Source: an uncultured Bacteroidota bacterium (lineage in GTDB: Bacteria > Bacteroidota > Ignavibacteria > UBA10030 > UBA6906). From it: DNA of 64,000 nt. Both the position numbers and the translations under genes were made by a program. Positions 40,573 to 50,435 of the stretch are shown piece by piece. The first letter of the stretch is position 1. The number at the start of each line of letters is the position of its first letter. The stretch lies in contig CAWEKI010000012.1 of NCBI GenBank assembly GCA_963809695.1, forward strand, positions 85,493 to 149,492, written 5' to 3'. Under the pieces are notes generated by a model that saw only the letters and a program-made list of their open reading frames with translations, had not been told where the DNA came from and made no database searches.

Positions 40573-43332
40573 ATGCGCATTACCCGGCAATCTCTTTGGC
40601 CTCTTTTGCTTGTCATGTTGTCAACATCTCTTCTCGTCGTTCAGGTGGCACGAGCGGGTAACACCATACCCGACGTCAATATCCCCTGTCAGAAATTTAC
40701 GCTCGGTAACGGCCTCACCGTCCTTGTACACGAGGATCATAAGGCTCCGATCGTCGCCGTGAATGTCTGGTACCACGTAGGCTCGAAAAACGAAAAACCA
40801 GGGAAAAGCGGCTTCGCACACCTCTTTGAACATTTGATGTTTAACGGGAGCGAGGACTTCAACGACGATTATTTCCAGGCATTGGAGCGTGTTGGAGCGA
40901 CGGACCTGAACGGGACGACCAGTAATGACCGCACAAACTATTTTCAGAACGTTCCAACCTCCGCGGTCGACCTCGCGCTCTGGATGGAATCGGACCGGAT
41001 GGGGCATCTCCTTGGCGCCCTGGATCAAAAAAAACTCGATGAGCAGCGCGGTGTGGTCCAGAACGAGAAGCGCCAGGGGGAGAACGAGCCGTACGGTATC
41101 GTCGACGAGTTGATCACGAAAAGCACGTATCCGGCCGGACATCCTTACTCCTGGACCGTGATCGGATCGATGGAAGACTTGAATGCCGCGTCCCTGGACG
41201 ACGTCAAAGAATGGTTCCGCACCTACTACGGGCCAGCGAATGCCGTGCTTGTCATTGCCGGGGATATCGATGTTGAGACCGCAAAGCGGAAGGTGGAACG
41301 GTACTTTGGGGACATTCCCTCGGGGCCTCCGGTGGCAAAGCAGGAAGTCTGGGTGGCGAAAAGGACAGGCACCCAGCGGCAGACCGTTCAGGACCGCGTC
41401 CCGCAGGCAAAGCTGTACAAGGTCTGGAACGTTCCCCAGATCGGGTCGGCGGAGGCCGACTATCTCGATCTGGTGAGCAGCGTCCTCGCCACGGGGAAAA
41501 CATCCCGGCTGTACAAGCGCCTTGTCTATGATGACCAGATTGCCACGAATGTCGCCGCCTACATGGACAGCCGGGAGATTGGCTCCCAGTTCGTCATTGA
41601 AGCGACTGCCAAGCCTGGGGACAATCTGGCAAAAGTGGAGCGCGCTGTGGATGAGGAGCTGGCACGTTTCCTGATGCGAGGCCCAACGGAGGCCGAACTG
41701 CAACGGGTGAGAACGGAGCGGTCGGCGCAGTTCATCAGGGGAATTGAAAGGATCGGCGGGTTCGGTGGGAAATCCGACATCCTTGCACGGAATCAGGTAT
41801 ACCTCGGCGATCCCCAGGCGTACAAGGTCACACTCAAGCGCATTGGGGAAGCAACCGTTGGAAAGCTCCTCACATCTGCGCGAAATTGGCTCTCTGACGG
41901 CGCATATATCCTTACGGTATACCCATTCCCCTCATTTTCCACAACCACCAGCGAAGTCAACCGCAAAGAACTTCCCACACCTGGAGCTGCAGTAAAAGCT
42001 AAGTTCCCGGCAATGAAGAAGGCGACTCTCTCCAACGGTCTGAAGATCATTCTTGCAGAGCGCGACGCTGTTCCGGTGGTGAACTTCCGGCTTATGGTCG
42101 ATGCCGGCTATGCGGCGGACCAGTTTGCCGCGCCAGGGACCGCGAATCTTGCTATGGCCATGCTCGATGAAGGGACAAAGACCAGGACTTCCCTCCAGAT
42201 AAGCGATGAACTGGCAATGCTCGGTGCCCAACTTGGAACGGGTTCGAACCTTGATATGTCCACGGTCTCCTTCTCTGCCCTGAAAACCAATCTTGATGCC
42301 TCGCTCAATATCTTTGCCGATGTGATCCTGAACCCCTCCTTTCCGGAGGCCGACTTCAAGCGGCTTCAGAAGCAGCAGTTGGCGGGTATCCAGCGCGAGA
42401 AGGTCACACCGATCCAGATGGCTCTTCGCGTCTTCCCTGGCATACTCTACGGGAAGGGACATGCCTATGGAAACCCCTTGACCGGGTCGGGCACCGAGCA
42501 ATCGGTGGCGAAATTGAAAAGGGAAGATCTCGTCAAATTCCACAGAACCTGGTTCAAGCCGAACAATGCCACCCTGGTGATCGTTGGGGCGACAACGCTG
42601 ACGGAGATCGTGCCAAAGTTCGAGCAGTTGTTCAAAGGATGGAAGGGCGGGGATACACCTCAGAAGAACATCTCGCCGGTGGGGCAGCAATCTGCCTCCT
42701 CGGTGTACCTCCTGGACAGACCGGGTTCCATGCAGTCCGTCATCTTTGCCGGGGATGTGGCACCGCCGCGTGCCAATCCACAGGAAATTGCCATTGAGTC
42801 CATGAACAATATCCTCGGGGGGTCCTTTACGTCCCGGGTGAACATGAACCTGCGTGAGGACAAACACTGGTCATACGGCGCCGGGACGTTCCTCTGGGGT
42901 GCCCGCGGCGAGCGGCCGTTCATCGCTTACGCGCCCGTGCAAACGGACAAGACCAAAGAGTCGATGGCGGAGATTGGGAAGGAACTCCGGGGGATGCTGG
43001 GTGAAAAACCGGCAACGGCCGAAGAACTTGCCAAGGTGCAAAACAGCCAGACACTGGAACTGCCCGGCTCGTGGGAAACCATGGACGCTGTTGCCCGGTC
43101 TATCGGGGACATCATCCAATATGGCCTCCCTGAGGATTATTTTCTAACATACCCGGATAAAGTCCGCGCTCTTACGCTGTCCGATATCGGCAGTGCCGCG
43201 AAAGGTGTTATACAACCCGACAAATTGGTCTGGGTGGTGGTAGGGGACAGGTCCAAGATTGAGGCGGGGATCCGTGAGCTCGCTCTGGGTGAGATCAAGT
43301 TCATGGACAGCGACGGGAATGTGATCAAGTAG
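40573..43332 (+). CDS. M16-family zinc metallopeptidase (insulinase/pitrilysin-like, tandem M16 units), secreted
   Basis: 919 aa with a signal peptide. The inverted zinc-binding motif HxxEH is present in GFAHLFEHLMFNGS with a downstream Glu (…NGTTSNDRTNY…). A second inactive-looking M16 repeat is in the C-half. Confidence 0.85.
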   Translation: MRITRQSLWPLLLVMLSTSLLVVQVARAGNTIPDVNIPCQKFTLGNGLTVLVHEDHKAPIVAVNVWYHVGSKNEKPGKSGFAHLFEHLMFNGSEDFNDDYFQALERVGATDLNGTTSNDRTNYFQNVPTSAVDLALWMESDRMGHLLGALDQKKLDEQRGVVQNEKRQGENEPYGIVDELITKSTYPAGHPYSWTVIGSMEDLNAASLDDVKEWFRTYYGPANAVLVIAGDIDVETAKRKVERYFGDIPSGPPVAKQEVWVAKRTGTQRQTVQDRVPQAKLYKVWNVPQIGSAEADYLDLVSSVLATGKTSRLYKRLVYDDQIATNVAAYMDSREIGSQFVIEATAKPGDNLAKVERAVDEELARFLMRGPTEAELQRVRTERSAQFIRGIERIGGFGGKSDILARNQVYLGDPQAYKVTLKRIGEATVGKLLTSARNWLSDGAYILTVYPFPSFSTTTSEVNRKELPTPGAAVKAKFPAMKKATLSNGLKIILAERDAVPVVNFRLMVDAGYAADQFAAPGTANLAMAMLDEGTKTRTSLQISDELAMLGAQLGTGSNLDMSTVSFSALKTNLDASLNIFADVILNPSFPEADFKRLQKQQLAGIQREKVTPIQMALRVFPGILYGKGHAYGNPLTGSGTEQSVAKLKREDLVKFHRTWFKPNNATLVIVGATTLTEIVPKFEQLFKGWKGGDTPQKNISPVGQQSASSVYLLDRPGSMQSVIFAGDVAPPRANPQEIAIESMNNILGGSFTSRVNMNLREDKHWSYGAGTFLWGARGERPFIAYAPVQTDKTKESMAEIGKELRGMLGEKPATAEELAKVQNSQTLELPGSWETMDAVARSIGDIIQYGLPEDYFLTYPDKVRALTLSDIGSAAKGVIQPDKLVWVVVGDRSKIEAGIRELALGEIKFMDSDGNVIK

Positions 43333-43380
43333 GGCAAAGAACCGGTGCGCATGTATCGGAGATCTGGCCATTAAGACATG

Positions 43381-45024
43381 TCAGAACCACATGCCCACCT
43401 CCATGAACACGCGCGCGCTGTTCATTGAATCGTCGATAGTGTAGTCCCCACCTGCCGTGCTATAGAATCTCCGGGAGATGCGCCAGTTGAGCATTGCCGA
43501 TGCAGTCTTTGTTCTGTAGGCGTGGCTGATAGTGGTCAGGGAGTACGCGTAGTCGTCATAACGCAGCAGCAGATCGATCTGCGTGAAGAGAAGCCTCTCC
43601 AGTTCGTAGGTGATGTCGGAGCCATCGAGATACACGCCGGTGATGGCGGCATAACGTGCTCCCACGTGGAGCCCGGTCCCGAAGATATTCGTGAATCGCA
43701 CCATTCCCGAAAACGTGTGAGAATTTCTGGCATCGCCTCTTCTGGTCTGGAAGGTTGCTGCGGCGGTCACGGATATTCCGGGTAAAGGGCGGAGAGTGGC
43801 CCGTGCATGAAAGCCGTGTCGGAGCGATTCTCTGAACAACGAGTCGGGTATGTTCTTCATTGTCTCAAAAAGGTAGACGCTCCTCGTCCCATCGTATCCC
43901 AGGCTGGCAGACAGCAATCGGTCCGGGGAATAGTTGATGGAGAGCAACGCGTTGGAAAGCCTGAGGGTTGATACGCGTTGTCCGTTGTTGACGTCGTTCA
44001 GGTCGAGCTGTGCATTTCCAAACATCCAGAGCGAGTTCCCGAGCGACGCCGAGCTTTGCACGTACAAGAACGACCGATCGAGGTTTCCGTTCACCTCCTG
44101 ACGTGCGTATGCCACCGTGCCCTGGTAGTTCCAGAGCGCCGGGTCACCTGTGCGGAACCCCGCGAAAACCGCTTCTTTGGTGTCATCACCCCCGATTCCC
44201 AATGCCCGTCCCTGAATTCCTTTTCCGATCAGAACGCCTGACGTGAACGCGCCCTGCCGCAGGAAGACCTGCCCTCCATCAAATGTCCCGAGACCGCTGA
44301 CGTATTGCGAAACCATGCGCCCGGCGCTGAATCCGAACCAATCCCCGGGCCGGTCACGCTCCAGCTGAAATTGGTACAGATCGAAACGCGATCGGACGGA
44401 GTCCCCATAGCGTGCATACGCGCCGGTCAATTCATAATACTCGCGTCCGCTGAACGACAGCGCCATTCCGGTGCCGAGGATGTTCCGCATGTGCAGGTAC
44501 GCAGCGGCCGCCGGTTGTCCGATGTTGAGCCGTGAATCTTCCGCCCATTCACCGGAGTATTGGAGTCCGATCCGGCCGGAGAGGATGTTCTCGGTTGGTA
44601 CGGTCTCCACCAAGGGCCGGGGTTGAGATGCAATTTCCGGAAGGGGCTGTGCTACGCCGGGTGGATTCGGAAGGAGAGACTCTGACCCCTTGGTGATGTT
44701 CCCGAGGTCACCGATCTTCGGAGATGTCTCGGGCCCGAGTATGTGCCCTACGGCAGAATGGGAGGCTGTCGCGCTGATTACCGCCTGCCCGACCATGGCG
44801 CCCGAACGTGAGAGCGTAACGGTGTCTCCGATTGCAACTCCCTCTTCAGCGCCGGCATCAAGATAGACCTGCCTTGAAGTGACGTAGGTGACCCTCATGA
44901 GTACGGAACCGGATGGCTGTCCCGGGAGCGCAACGGTGTCCATGACGGAAAGCGTGAAGAGCGCCAGGATGACCATGAGAGGTTTCAATTTCCCCCTCCT
45001 CCGGTTGGATGGCACCTGTAGCAT
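43381..45024 (-). CDS. outer-membrane beta-barrel protein (hypothetical), co-transcribed downstream of the decahaem cytochrome
   Basis: 547 aa (start at 45024, or at the internal Met at 44976). It has a signal-like N-terminus and a Ser/Pro-rich N-domain, then an alternating amphipathic pattern. The C-terminal residues …FMEVGMWF match the OMP terminal-aromatic signature. It overlaps or abuts the cytochrome gene stop. Confidence 0.6.
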   Translation of the reverse strand: MLQVPSNRRRGKLKPLMVILALFTLSVMDTVALPGQPSGSVLMRVTYVTSRQVYLDAGAEEGVAIGDTVTLSRSGAMVGQAVISATASHSAVGHILGPETSPKIGDLGNITKGSESLLPNPPGVAQPLPEIASQPRPLVETVPTENILSGRIGLQYSGEWAEDSRLNIGQPAAAAYLHMRNILGTGMALSFSGREYYELTGAYARYGDSVRSRFDLYQFQLERDRPGDWFGFSAGRMVSQYVSGLGTFDGGQVFLRQGAFTSGVLIGKGIQGRALGIGGDDTKEAVFAGFRTGDPALWNYQGTVAYARQEVNGNLDRSFLYVQSSASLGNSLWMFGNAQLDLNDVNNGQRVSTLRLSNALLSINYSPDRLLSASLGYDGTRSVYLFETMKNIPDSLFRESLRHGFHARATLRPLPGISVTAAATFQTRRGDARNSHTFSGMVRFTNIFGTGLHVGARYAAITGVYLDGSDITYELERLLFTQIDLLLRYDDYAYSLTTISHAYRTKTASAMLNWRISRRFYSTAGGDYTIDDSMNSARVFMEVGMWF

Positions 45025-45800
45025 GCGGCGCTTCTGTACTCGTATCCGCTGACCTCGCCATGCCGGCTATCCATCGCGCTTTTGGTGTGTGCATGGCAGT
45101 TAATGCACTCAAACGTGCCGTAGTTTGGCTGGGACGGGTGGCAGTCCGTACAAGTGTTCCAGCGTCCAGGCGGGTGGTTGCTGCCGGCGCTGATCGGAAA
45201 GAAGTTGTCATGCGGAAAGAATGCAGCAGGCCGCCATGTCAGCGCACGATGGCAGAGTGAGCAGTCTGTCGAAAATCCCGCCGCAACATGGTTCGGGTTC
45301 GTGGTCGCAAGATATATCTCGCGATGACATGCCACGCACTCGGTTGGCGTACCTCTGAACCGGGCATCGGTGTGACATGATCCGCAAGGAACAGACTGGT
45401 GTATACCCCGCGTGGGAAAATTCGTCTTGTCGTGATCGAAAGAAGCAAGCCAGGACGATGCGTCCGACATATGGCATTCAGTGCATTCGGTGCTGAACCC
45501 TGCCGTGGCATGGTTGATCGCCAATGCTGCGTCATAGTCCTTGCGGTGGCAGGAGATGCAGTCCAATGAAGTCCCTGCGAACCGGAGAGTCGTGTGGCAG
45601 GAGACGCAGGTCGTGTTGCGGTGTTCGCCGCGCAACGGGAATGCGGTCGTATCATGGTCGAATTTGAGCGGGAAGTGAACCGGCGTCCACGACGCAGTCG
45701 TGTGACAATCGGAGCAGGACTGCCCGACAGGTCCATGCGGTGAATCCTGTGCATGGGCGATCCCGGCAAAGGCCACGAGCAAGAGCAGGAACGGCTTCAT
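44985..45800 (-). CDS. decahaem c-type cytochrome (paired-CXXCH type), periplasmic/secreted
   Basis: 271 aa with a signal peptide (MKPFLLLLVAFAGIAHA). It has ten CxxCH motifs: CSDCH, CVSCH, CISCH, CTECH, CGSCH, CVACH, CSLCH, CTDCH, CINCH, CYRCH. They are arranged in an internally repeated unit (C..CH…F.H…FP..G.H….C..CH). Confidence 0.85.
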   Translation of the reverse strand: MKPFLLLLVAFAGIAHAQDSPHGPVGQSCSDCHTTASWTPVHFPLKFDHDTTAFPLRGEHRNTTCVSCHTTLRFAGTSLDCISCHRKDYDAALAINHATAGFSTECTECHMSDASSWLASFDHDKTNFPTRGIHQSVPCGSCHTDARFRGTPTECVACHREIYLATTNPNHVAAGFSTDCSLCHRALTWRPAAFFPHDNFFPISAGSNHPPGRWNTCTDCHPSQPNYGTFECINCHAHTKSAMDSRHGEVSGYEYRSAACYRCHPTGGGGN

Positions 45801-45980
45801 GATGGGGGAGGCTCTGGCGGTGATTTCGCGACGTTGAACAGAATATACAGAAATTTGTTGACTCTTCTGGCTTATAGATCGGGTCTCGCTGGTGAAAAAG
45901 GTTGAACGATTGAGAAGAGTAAGAGGTATGTTGCCTGGAGCAGCTCTTGAATATTCCTGTCATTTAGCGTATCTTGTGAC

Positions 45981-46361
45981 ATGAAATACAAAATCCTGGC
46001 TATACTCTGGATGGTGGGGATTTTTATCAGCTCATCCATCCCGTCCGATGCATTTCCGGAGGTGAGTTTCTGGGGATGGGCAAAACTCATTCATCTGATT
46101 TACTTTGGCGTGCTCTGTTTCCTGTTTCAGCGGGTCCTGCGGAATCAGAAGAAATTTCCCTATCTTTCCAGAAACTCCATTCTCTTTGCTATCCTCTTTG
46201 CGGCTTGTTACGGCATGACCGATGAGTTTCATCAGCTTTTCACGCCGGGCAGGCATGGACATGTGACCGATGTGCTGGTTGATGCCCTGGGGGCATGCTT
46301 GTTTGTCGCCGGTGCCAAAGCGTATGAATCCCTGCGGTTAAGACGCGCCGATCCCGCCTGA
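45981..46361 (+). CDS. VanZ-family membrane protein
   Basis: 126 aa with 4 TM segments. The VanZ-like motif MTDEFHQLFTPGRHGHVTDVLVDALGA is present. Confidence 0.65.
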   Translation: MKYKILAILWMVGIFISSSIPSDAFPEVSFWGWAKLIHLIYFGVLCFLFQRVLRNQKKFPYLSRNSILFAILFAACYGMTDEFHQLFTPGRHGHVTDVLVDALGACLFVAGAKAYESLRLRRADPA

Positions 46362-46452
46362 GAGCATCCTTGTCGCAATTGTTTCTCTGAATAATTCCTC
46401 TATCTTATCTGTCGCTTCCGCCACTCACGGCTTTCACTTCTGGAGTTCACCT

Positions 46453-48543
46453 ATGAAACCGCTCGTGATCCTCATGTTCAGCCTTCTGTTTGCGAGTATT
46501 CTCATGGCGCCGCCGGCTTTCGCCCAGGGCGACGCGTCAATAGTCGGCGTCTGGGAGTTGATACCCCAAAAGAGCACAGATATCGACCATTTTGGCACGC
46601 TCACGGTTGACATCCGGGAGAGCGGTAAGTTCCTGACGCTCATTCAGGTCTGGGGCACCCGCAACAGCTTCCGGGATTCTCTTGTGCTGACCCCTGGCGG
46701 CCCCTCTGTTGATGTGCCCATCACGAGCGTTGTGTTTCCCAGCAACGTGTTTATGGGACTCATGAGTCCCGTCGGTGAACAGCGCCGGCTTTCCGGCAAA
46801 TGGGGGCAGGGGCGATCCGCATTGAGGATCGACGAGCAGTCGAGTGTGAGGGGCTCGCAGGGCACCGTGCCGATGACGGCTGTCCACCGCTATGAGCTCT
46901 CCAAAGAGAAGGAGATCCTCTTCTACAGCGTGACACGCTCCACGCGAAAACAGGGCCCCGAGGTGAAATATGTCCTGAAACGGAAAGGCACGCGGCAGGC
47001 GTATGCGATCCGTCTGGAAGACAACTGGGAAATTGCGGGCAAGCTCCCCGTCAATGCGATGATGATCAGTCTCCAGGGGCTTGCCAATAAGACGGGGCCC
47101 AATGTGTACCTTCTGTATCAAAACTGGCCGTTCACGTACGTCAACTCGGTCTACGATTTTTACAAGGACCGGCGGTACTTCACGTTCAGAGAACTCAAGA
47201 CGCCATCGGATGCGCTGCGCGCACTGAGGGGTTATGCGAAAGGATACGTCGTGTGGGATAAATCCGTGCGGACTTCGCTGATCGTGGCGTACACTGTCGC
47301 CGGTCTCGAAGACGCCGTGGTTGTGAGCGAAGACCTCATCGAGCTCGTGGAAAAGGCGGGGCTGAAGCCGGTCGAAGATTTTCGGGGGAAATTCACCGGG
47401 CAGACCGATGCGCAGATATATGCCTGGGCATACGATAAATACTGGGACCGCTGCAGCAAGGAATTCATCATCTGGCTTGGCGGCGAGCATGGGAATGTCA
47501 TGAAGCCGGCCGTGGCCGACTGGGGGATCCGCAAGCAGGTCTTCTTCAATGATCTTTCGAGCCGTCCTTCGGACAGCGCAGAATATGCCCTGGCGAACCG
47601 GGTGCTCCGGGAGATGAAGCCTATGTCGATGGTGATGGGGTGGCACTCTTACGCGAAGGATCTCGAGGAAGAACACGTGAAGCTGACATCAACCTACGGT
47701 CACCGGGTGGAGGGGCTCAACACGCTTCCGAATCTGAGTTTCAGTGCACAGATCCCGGTTTCCCCCGGGTTCACGTACAAGAATAACCATCATGTGAAGC
47801 CGGGGGAACATCCGATCCCGCAGAAAAAAGTGTATATCAGTTGTATTCAGACGGACGGCATCGGCCTGGGGGCGTGGCTTGAGCCCGGGCGGGGTGAAAT
47901 TCCCTATGCGTGGGAGGTGTTAATGAACTATACATGGATGGCCCCGGGTATGGCCGAGTATTTCTACACGATGGCCACGCCGAACGACTATTTCATCGGC
48001 TGCCTCTCGGGCCCCGGGTATCTGTACCCGAAGGCCGTGCCGCCGAGGCTGCTCAGACCGCTGATCGCAATGGCAAGGGATCAGATGAAGACCATGGACT
48101 TGCGGGTGTTTGAGACCATGGATTGGTCGGAAGGGGCCGAGACGATCGGCAACACCGATCTGAACAAAGAAGTGCTGGACATGTACTACGAAGGGATGCC
48201 CGAGGCGATCGGATTCGTGAACGGATACGGGCCGGGATACACATTTACGGTTCGGGACGGCAGGCCGTTTGTATCGTATGACTACTATCTTTCCCCCGTT
48301 CGGCCGGAGGCAGATGCGGTGGCTGACCTTCAGGAGCTAGCCACTGTCAATCCGAAGCGTCCGTATTTTCTCCTGGTCCACGTCCGTGAGTGGAGTAATG
48401 TCAAGAGGGTCAAGGGCATTCTGGACAAGCTTGGGCCGGAGTTCGAAGTTGTGCCTCTTGACGTCTTTCTCGCGATGGCCGGGCAGCAACCGACATTCCA
48501 GGAGCGATACCTCCACCGCGAGGATGCAGCGTCGCGGCCCTGA
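46453..48543 (+). CDS. GxGYxYP-family putative glycoside hydrolase with N-terminal lipocalin-like extra domain
   Basis: 696 aa with a signal peptide. The eponymous motif is present exactly (LSGPGYLYP). Confidence 0.6.
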   Translation: MKPLVILMFSLLFASILMAPPAFAQGDASIVGVWELIPQKSTDIDHFGTLTVDIRESGKFLTLIQVWGTRNSFRDSLVLTPGGPSVDVPITSVVFPSNVFMGLMSPVGEQRRLSGKWGQGRSALRIDEQSSVRGSQGTVPMTAVHRYELSKEKEILFYSVTRSTRKQGPEVKYVLKRKGTRQAYAIRLEDNWEIAGKLPVNAMMISLQGLANKTGPNVYLLYQNWPFTYVNSVYDFYKDRRYFTFRELKTPSDALRALRGYAKGYVVWDKSVRTSLIVAYTVAGLEDAVVVSEDLIELVEKAGLKPVEDFRGKFTGQTDAQIYAWAYDKYWDRCSKEFIIWLGGEHGNVMKPAVADWGIRKQVFFNDLSSRPSDSAEYALANRVLREMKPMSMVMGWHSYAKDLEEEHVKLTSTYGHRVEGLNTLPNLSFSAQIPVSPGFTYKNNHHVKPGEHPIPQKKVYISCIQTDGIGLGAWLEPGRGEIPYAWEVLMNYTWMAPGMAEYFYTMATPNDYFIGCLSGPGYLYPKAVPPRLLRPLIAMARDQMKTMDLRVFETMDWSEGAETIGNTDLNKEVLDMYYEGMPEAIGFVNGYGPGYTFTVRDGRPFVSYDYYLSPVRPEADAVADLQELATVNPKRPYFLLVHVREWSNVKRVKGILDKLGPEFEVVPLDVFLAMAGQQPTFQERYLHREDAASRP

Positions 48544-48572
48544 ATTCTTGTGTAGACGAAAGGAGCACACGT

Positions 48573-48989
48573 ATGGGTTCGTTTTTGAAGTCTGACAACA
48601 TCGGCAAGCTGCTGGTTCGGATTGCTGTCGGCGGCCTCATGCTCTTTCATGGAATTTTCAAGCTCACGCACGGCATCGGCTTCATTGAAGGCGTTCTGGC
48701 CGGGCGGGGATGGCCGGGGTATATCGCTTATGGCGTGTATCTTGGGGAAATTTTCGCCCCGATTCTCATCCTCGTCGGATTCAGGACACGGCTAGCCGCA
48801 CTTGTCGTGGTCATCGACATGGTAGCGGCCATCTGGCTTGTCCATGCAGGGAACATCCTCCAGGTCAAAGAAGCGGGGGGTGCCTGGGGTATTGAGCTTG
48901 AAGCGATTTACCTGCTGGGTTCGCTTGCGCTGTTCTTTATGGGCGGGGGTCAGTATTCCGTGTCGAGAGGGCGCAGCGTGTGGGATTAA
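48573..48989 (+). CDS. DoxX-family membrane protein
   Basis: 138 aa with 4 predicted TM helices. DoxX-like pattern (LLVRIAVGGLMLFHGIFKL…). Confidence 0.7.
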   Translation: MGSFLKSDNIGKLLVRIAVGGLMLFHGIFKLTHGIGFIEGVLAGRGWPGYIAYGVYLGEIFAPILILVGFRTRLAALVVVIDMVAAIWLVHAGNILQVKEAGGAWGIELEAIYLLGSLALFFMGGGQYSVSRGRSVWD

Positions 48990-49169
48990 AGCTGCAGCCC
49001 TGCGCTGAGTGTGACACCAAACCGGTAGTTCACGGGCAGGGCGAGTTTTGATCCGGTCATGTTGCCCAGGGTAAACGACGGACCTCCGGACTATTCCAGG
49101 ACTTGCAGTCTCCCGCCGGCAGAAATTTTCACGAATAGTCCTCGATATAGTTATATGAATGGGTGGGAA

Positions 49170-50435
49170 ATGGTAATTTCGAGCATGAAGCGTCTGTTGA
49201 AATGGCTCGGCCGTCTTGTGACCGTGCTGGTTGTCCTGCTCGTTGTCTTAGGCGTGTATGTGGAGCTGGCGTGGGACAAACCAGACAGCCGTCCTGCACC
49301 GCGGATGACTGCGCCGCGTGATTCCGCCACGGTCGTGCGGGGAGAATATATCTTCAAGCACGCCTGGCAGTGCTGGGGATGCCATGCGGCCGCCGGTGAC
49401 GGCAATGCGGCTCCCAGCGGCGGCCAGCGGTTCGACCTTCGGTCGGTCGGTCCGGGTTTCGGCGTGTATTACAGCCGCAATCTGACGCCCGACTCAGCCA
49501 CAGGGCTGGGAGCCTGGACTGATGGGGAGATCGTGCAGGCGATCCGCGAAGGGATCAGACGGGACAGGCATGTGCTGTTTCCGCTGATGCCGATCGACTG
49601 GCTGAAGGGGCTTTCCGATCAGGATGTCCTGGCTGTTGTAGCGTACATCCGCAGCCTTCCGCCTGTGCGGAATCGCGTCCCGGAGCGGGATGCGTCCTTC
49701 ATCGCAAAGGCATTGATGGCGTTCAACGTCATCAAGCCGATCGCTCCGATCACCGCGCCCGTGGTTGCCCCCCCCTCGGGGCGCACGGTGGAATACGGCA
49801 GGTACGTTGCATCCAATCTCGCCGGCTGTGCAGATTGCCACTCTCCGCGCAACCTTCAGAACGGAGAGTTCTATCCCGACAGTTTGTTTGCGGGAGGAAG
49901 CATTGCCTTTGGCAAGGACGAAGGGGATCCCATATTCGCGTATGCACGCAACCTCAGGCCGGGGCGTGCAACGGGCGAGCATGAATGGACGGAAGAGAAA
50001 TTCCTGCAAGCTGTAACGGTGGGCATGCGCCCGGATAGCACGGTGTTGACTCCCCACATGCCGTATGCATACTACAAATTCCTCTCTGAGGATGATCTTC
50101 GGGCGATCTATGTCTACCTGCGGTCCCTTTCGCCGCTCAGGCGCAGCGTACCGCTGCCTGGTTTTTCGGCCGATCTGATACAGGCGCGCGGACCATCCAG
50201 AGGAGCGCTTCTCTTCCGGGCTCGATGCCGGGCATGTCATGGGGATGGCGGTACGGGCGCTGTCCCGACGAACGTCAAGCTTGCTGAGGTTGCCTCCTCA
50301 TTTGAGGATGACGACCTGCGCGATTTCATCGCCTCGGGGCAGATGAATCTCAAAATGCCTGCCTTCGGCAAGACCTTGACAAGGGACGAGTTGGGCGATC
50401 TTGTCGCGTATATACGGTCATGGGAGAAACAGTAA
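49170..50435 (+). CDS. membrane-anchored trihaem cytochrome c (alcohol/gluconate-dehydrogenase cytochrome-c-subunit-like)
   Basis: Start placed at ATG 49170 (MVISSMKRLLKWLGRLVTVLVVLLVVLGV, TM anchor), preceded by GGTGGGA. The ORF-track start at 49059 is less likely. Three CxxCH motifs are present: CWGCH, CADCH, CRACH. There are AdhB-like inter-haem blocks (NLTPDSATGLGAWTDGEIVQAIREG, LSDQDVLAVVAYIRSLPP). Confidence 0.7.
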   Translation: MVISSMKRLLKWLGRLVTVLVVLLVVLGVYVELAWDKPDSRPAPRMTAPRDSATVVRGEYIFKHAWQCWGCHAAAGDGNAAPSGGQRFDLRSVGPGFGVYYSRNLTPDSATGLGAWTDGEIVQAIREGIRRDRHVLFPLMPIDWLKGLSDQDVLAVVAYIRSLPPVRNRVPERDASFIAKALMAFNVIKPIAPITAPVVAPPSGRTVEYGRYVASNLAGCADCHSPRNLQNGEFYPDSLFAGGSIAFGKDEGDPIFAYARNLRPGRATGEHEWTEEKFLQAVTVGMRPDSTVLTPHMPYAYYKFLSEDDLRAIYVYLRSLSPLRRSVPLPGFSADLIQARGPSRGALLFRARCRACHGDGGTGAVPTNVKLAEVASSFEDDDLRDFIASGQMNLKMPAFGKTLTRDELGDLVAYIRSWEKQ

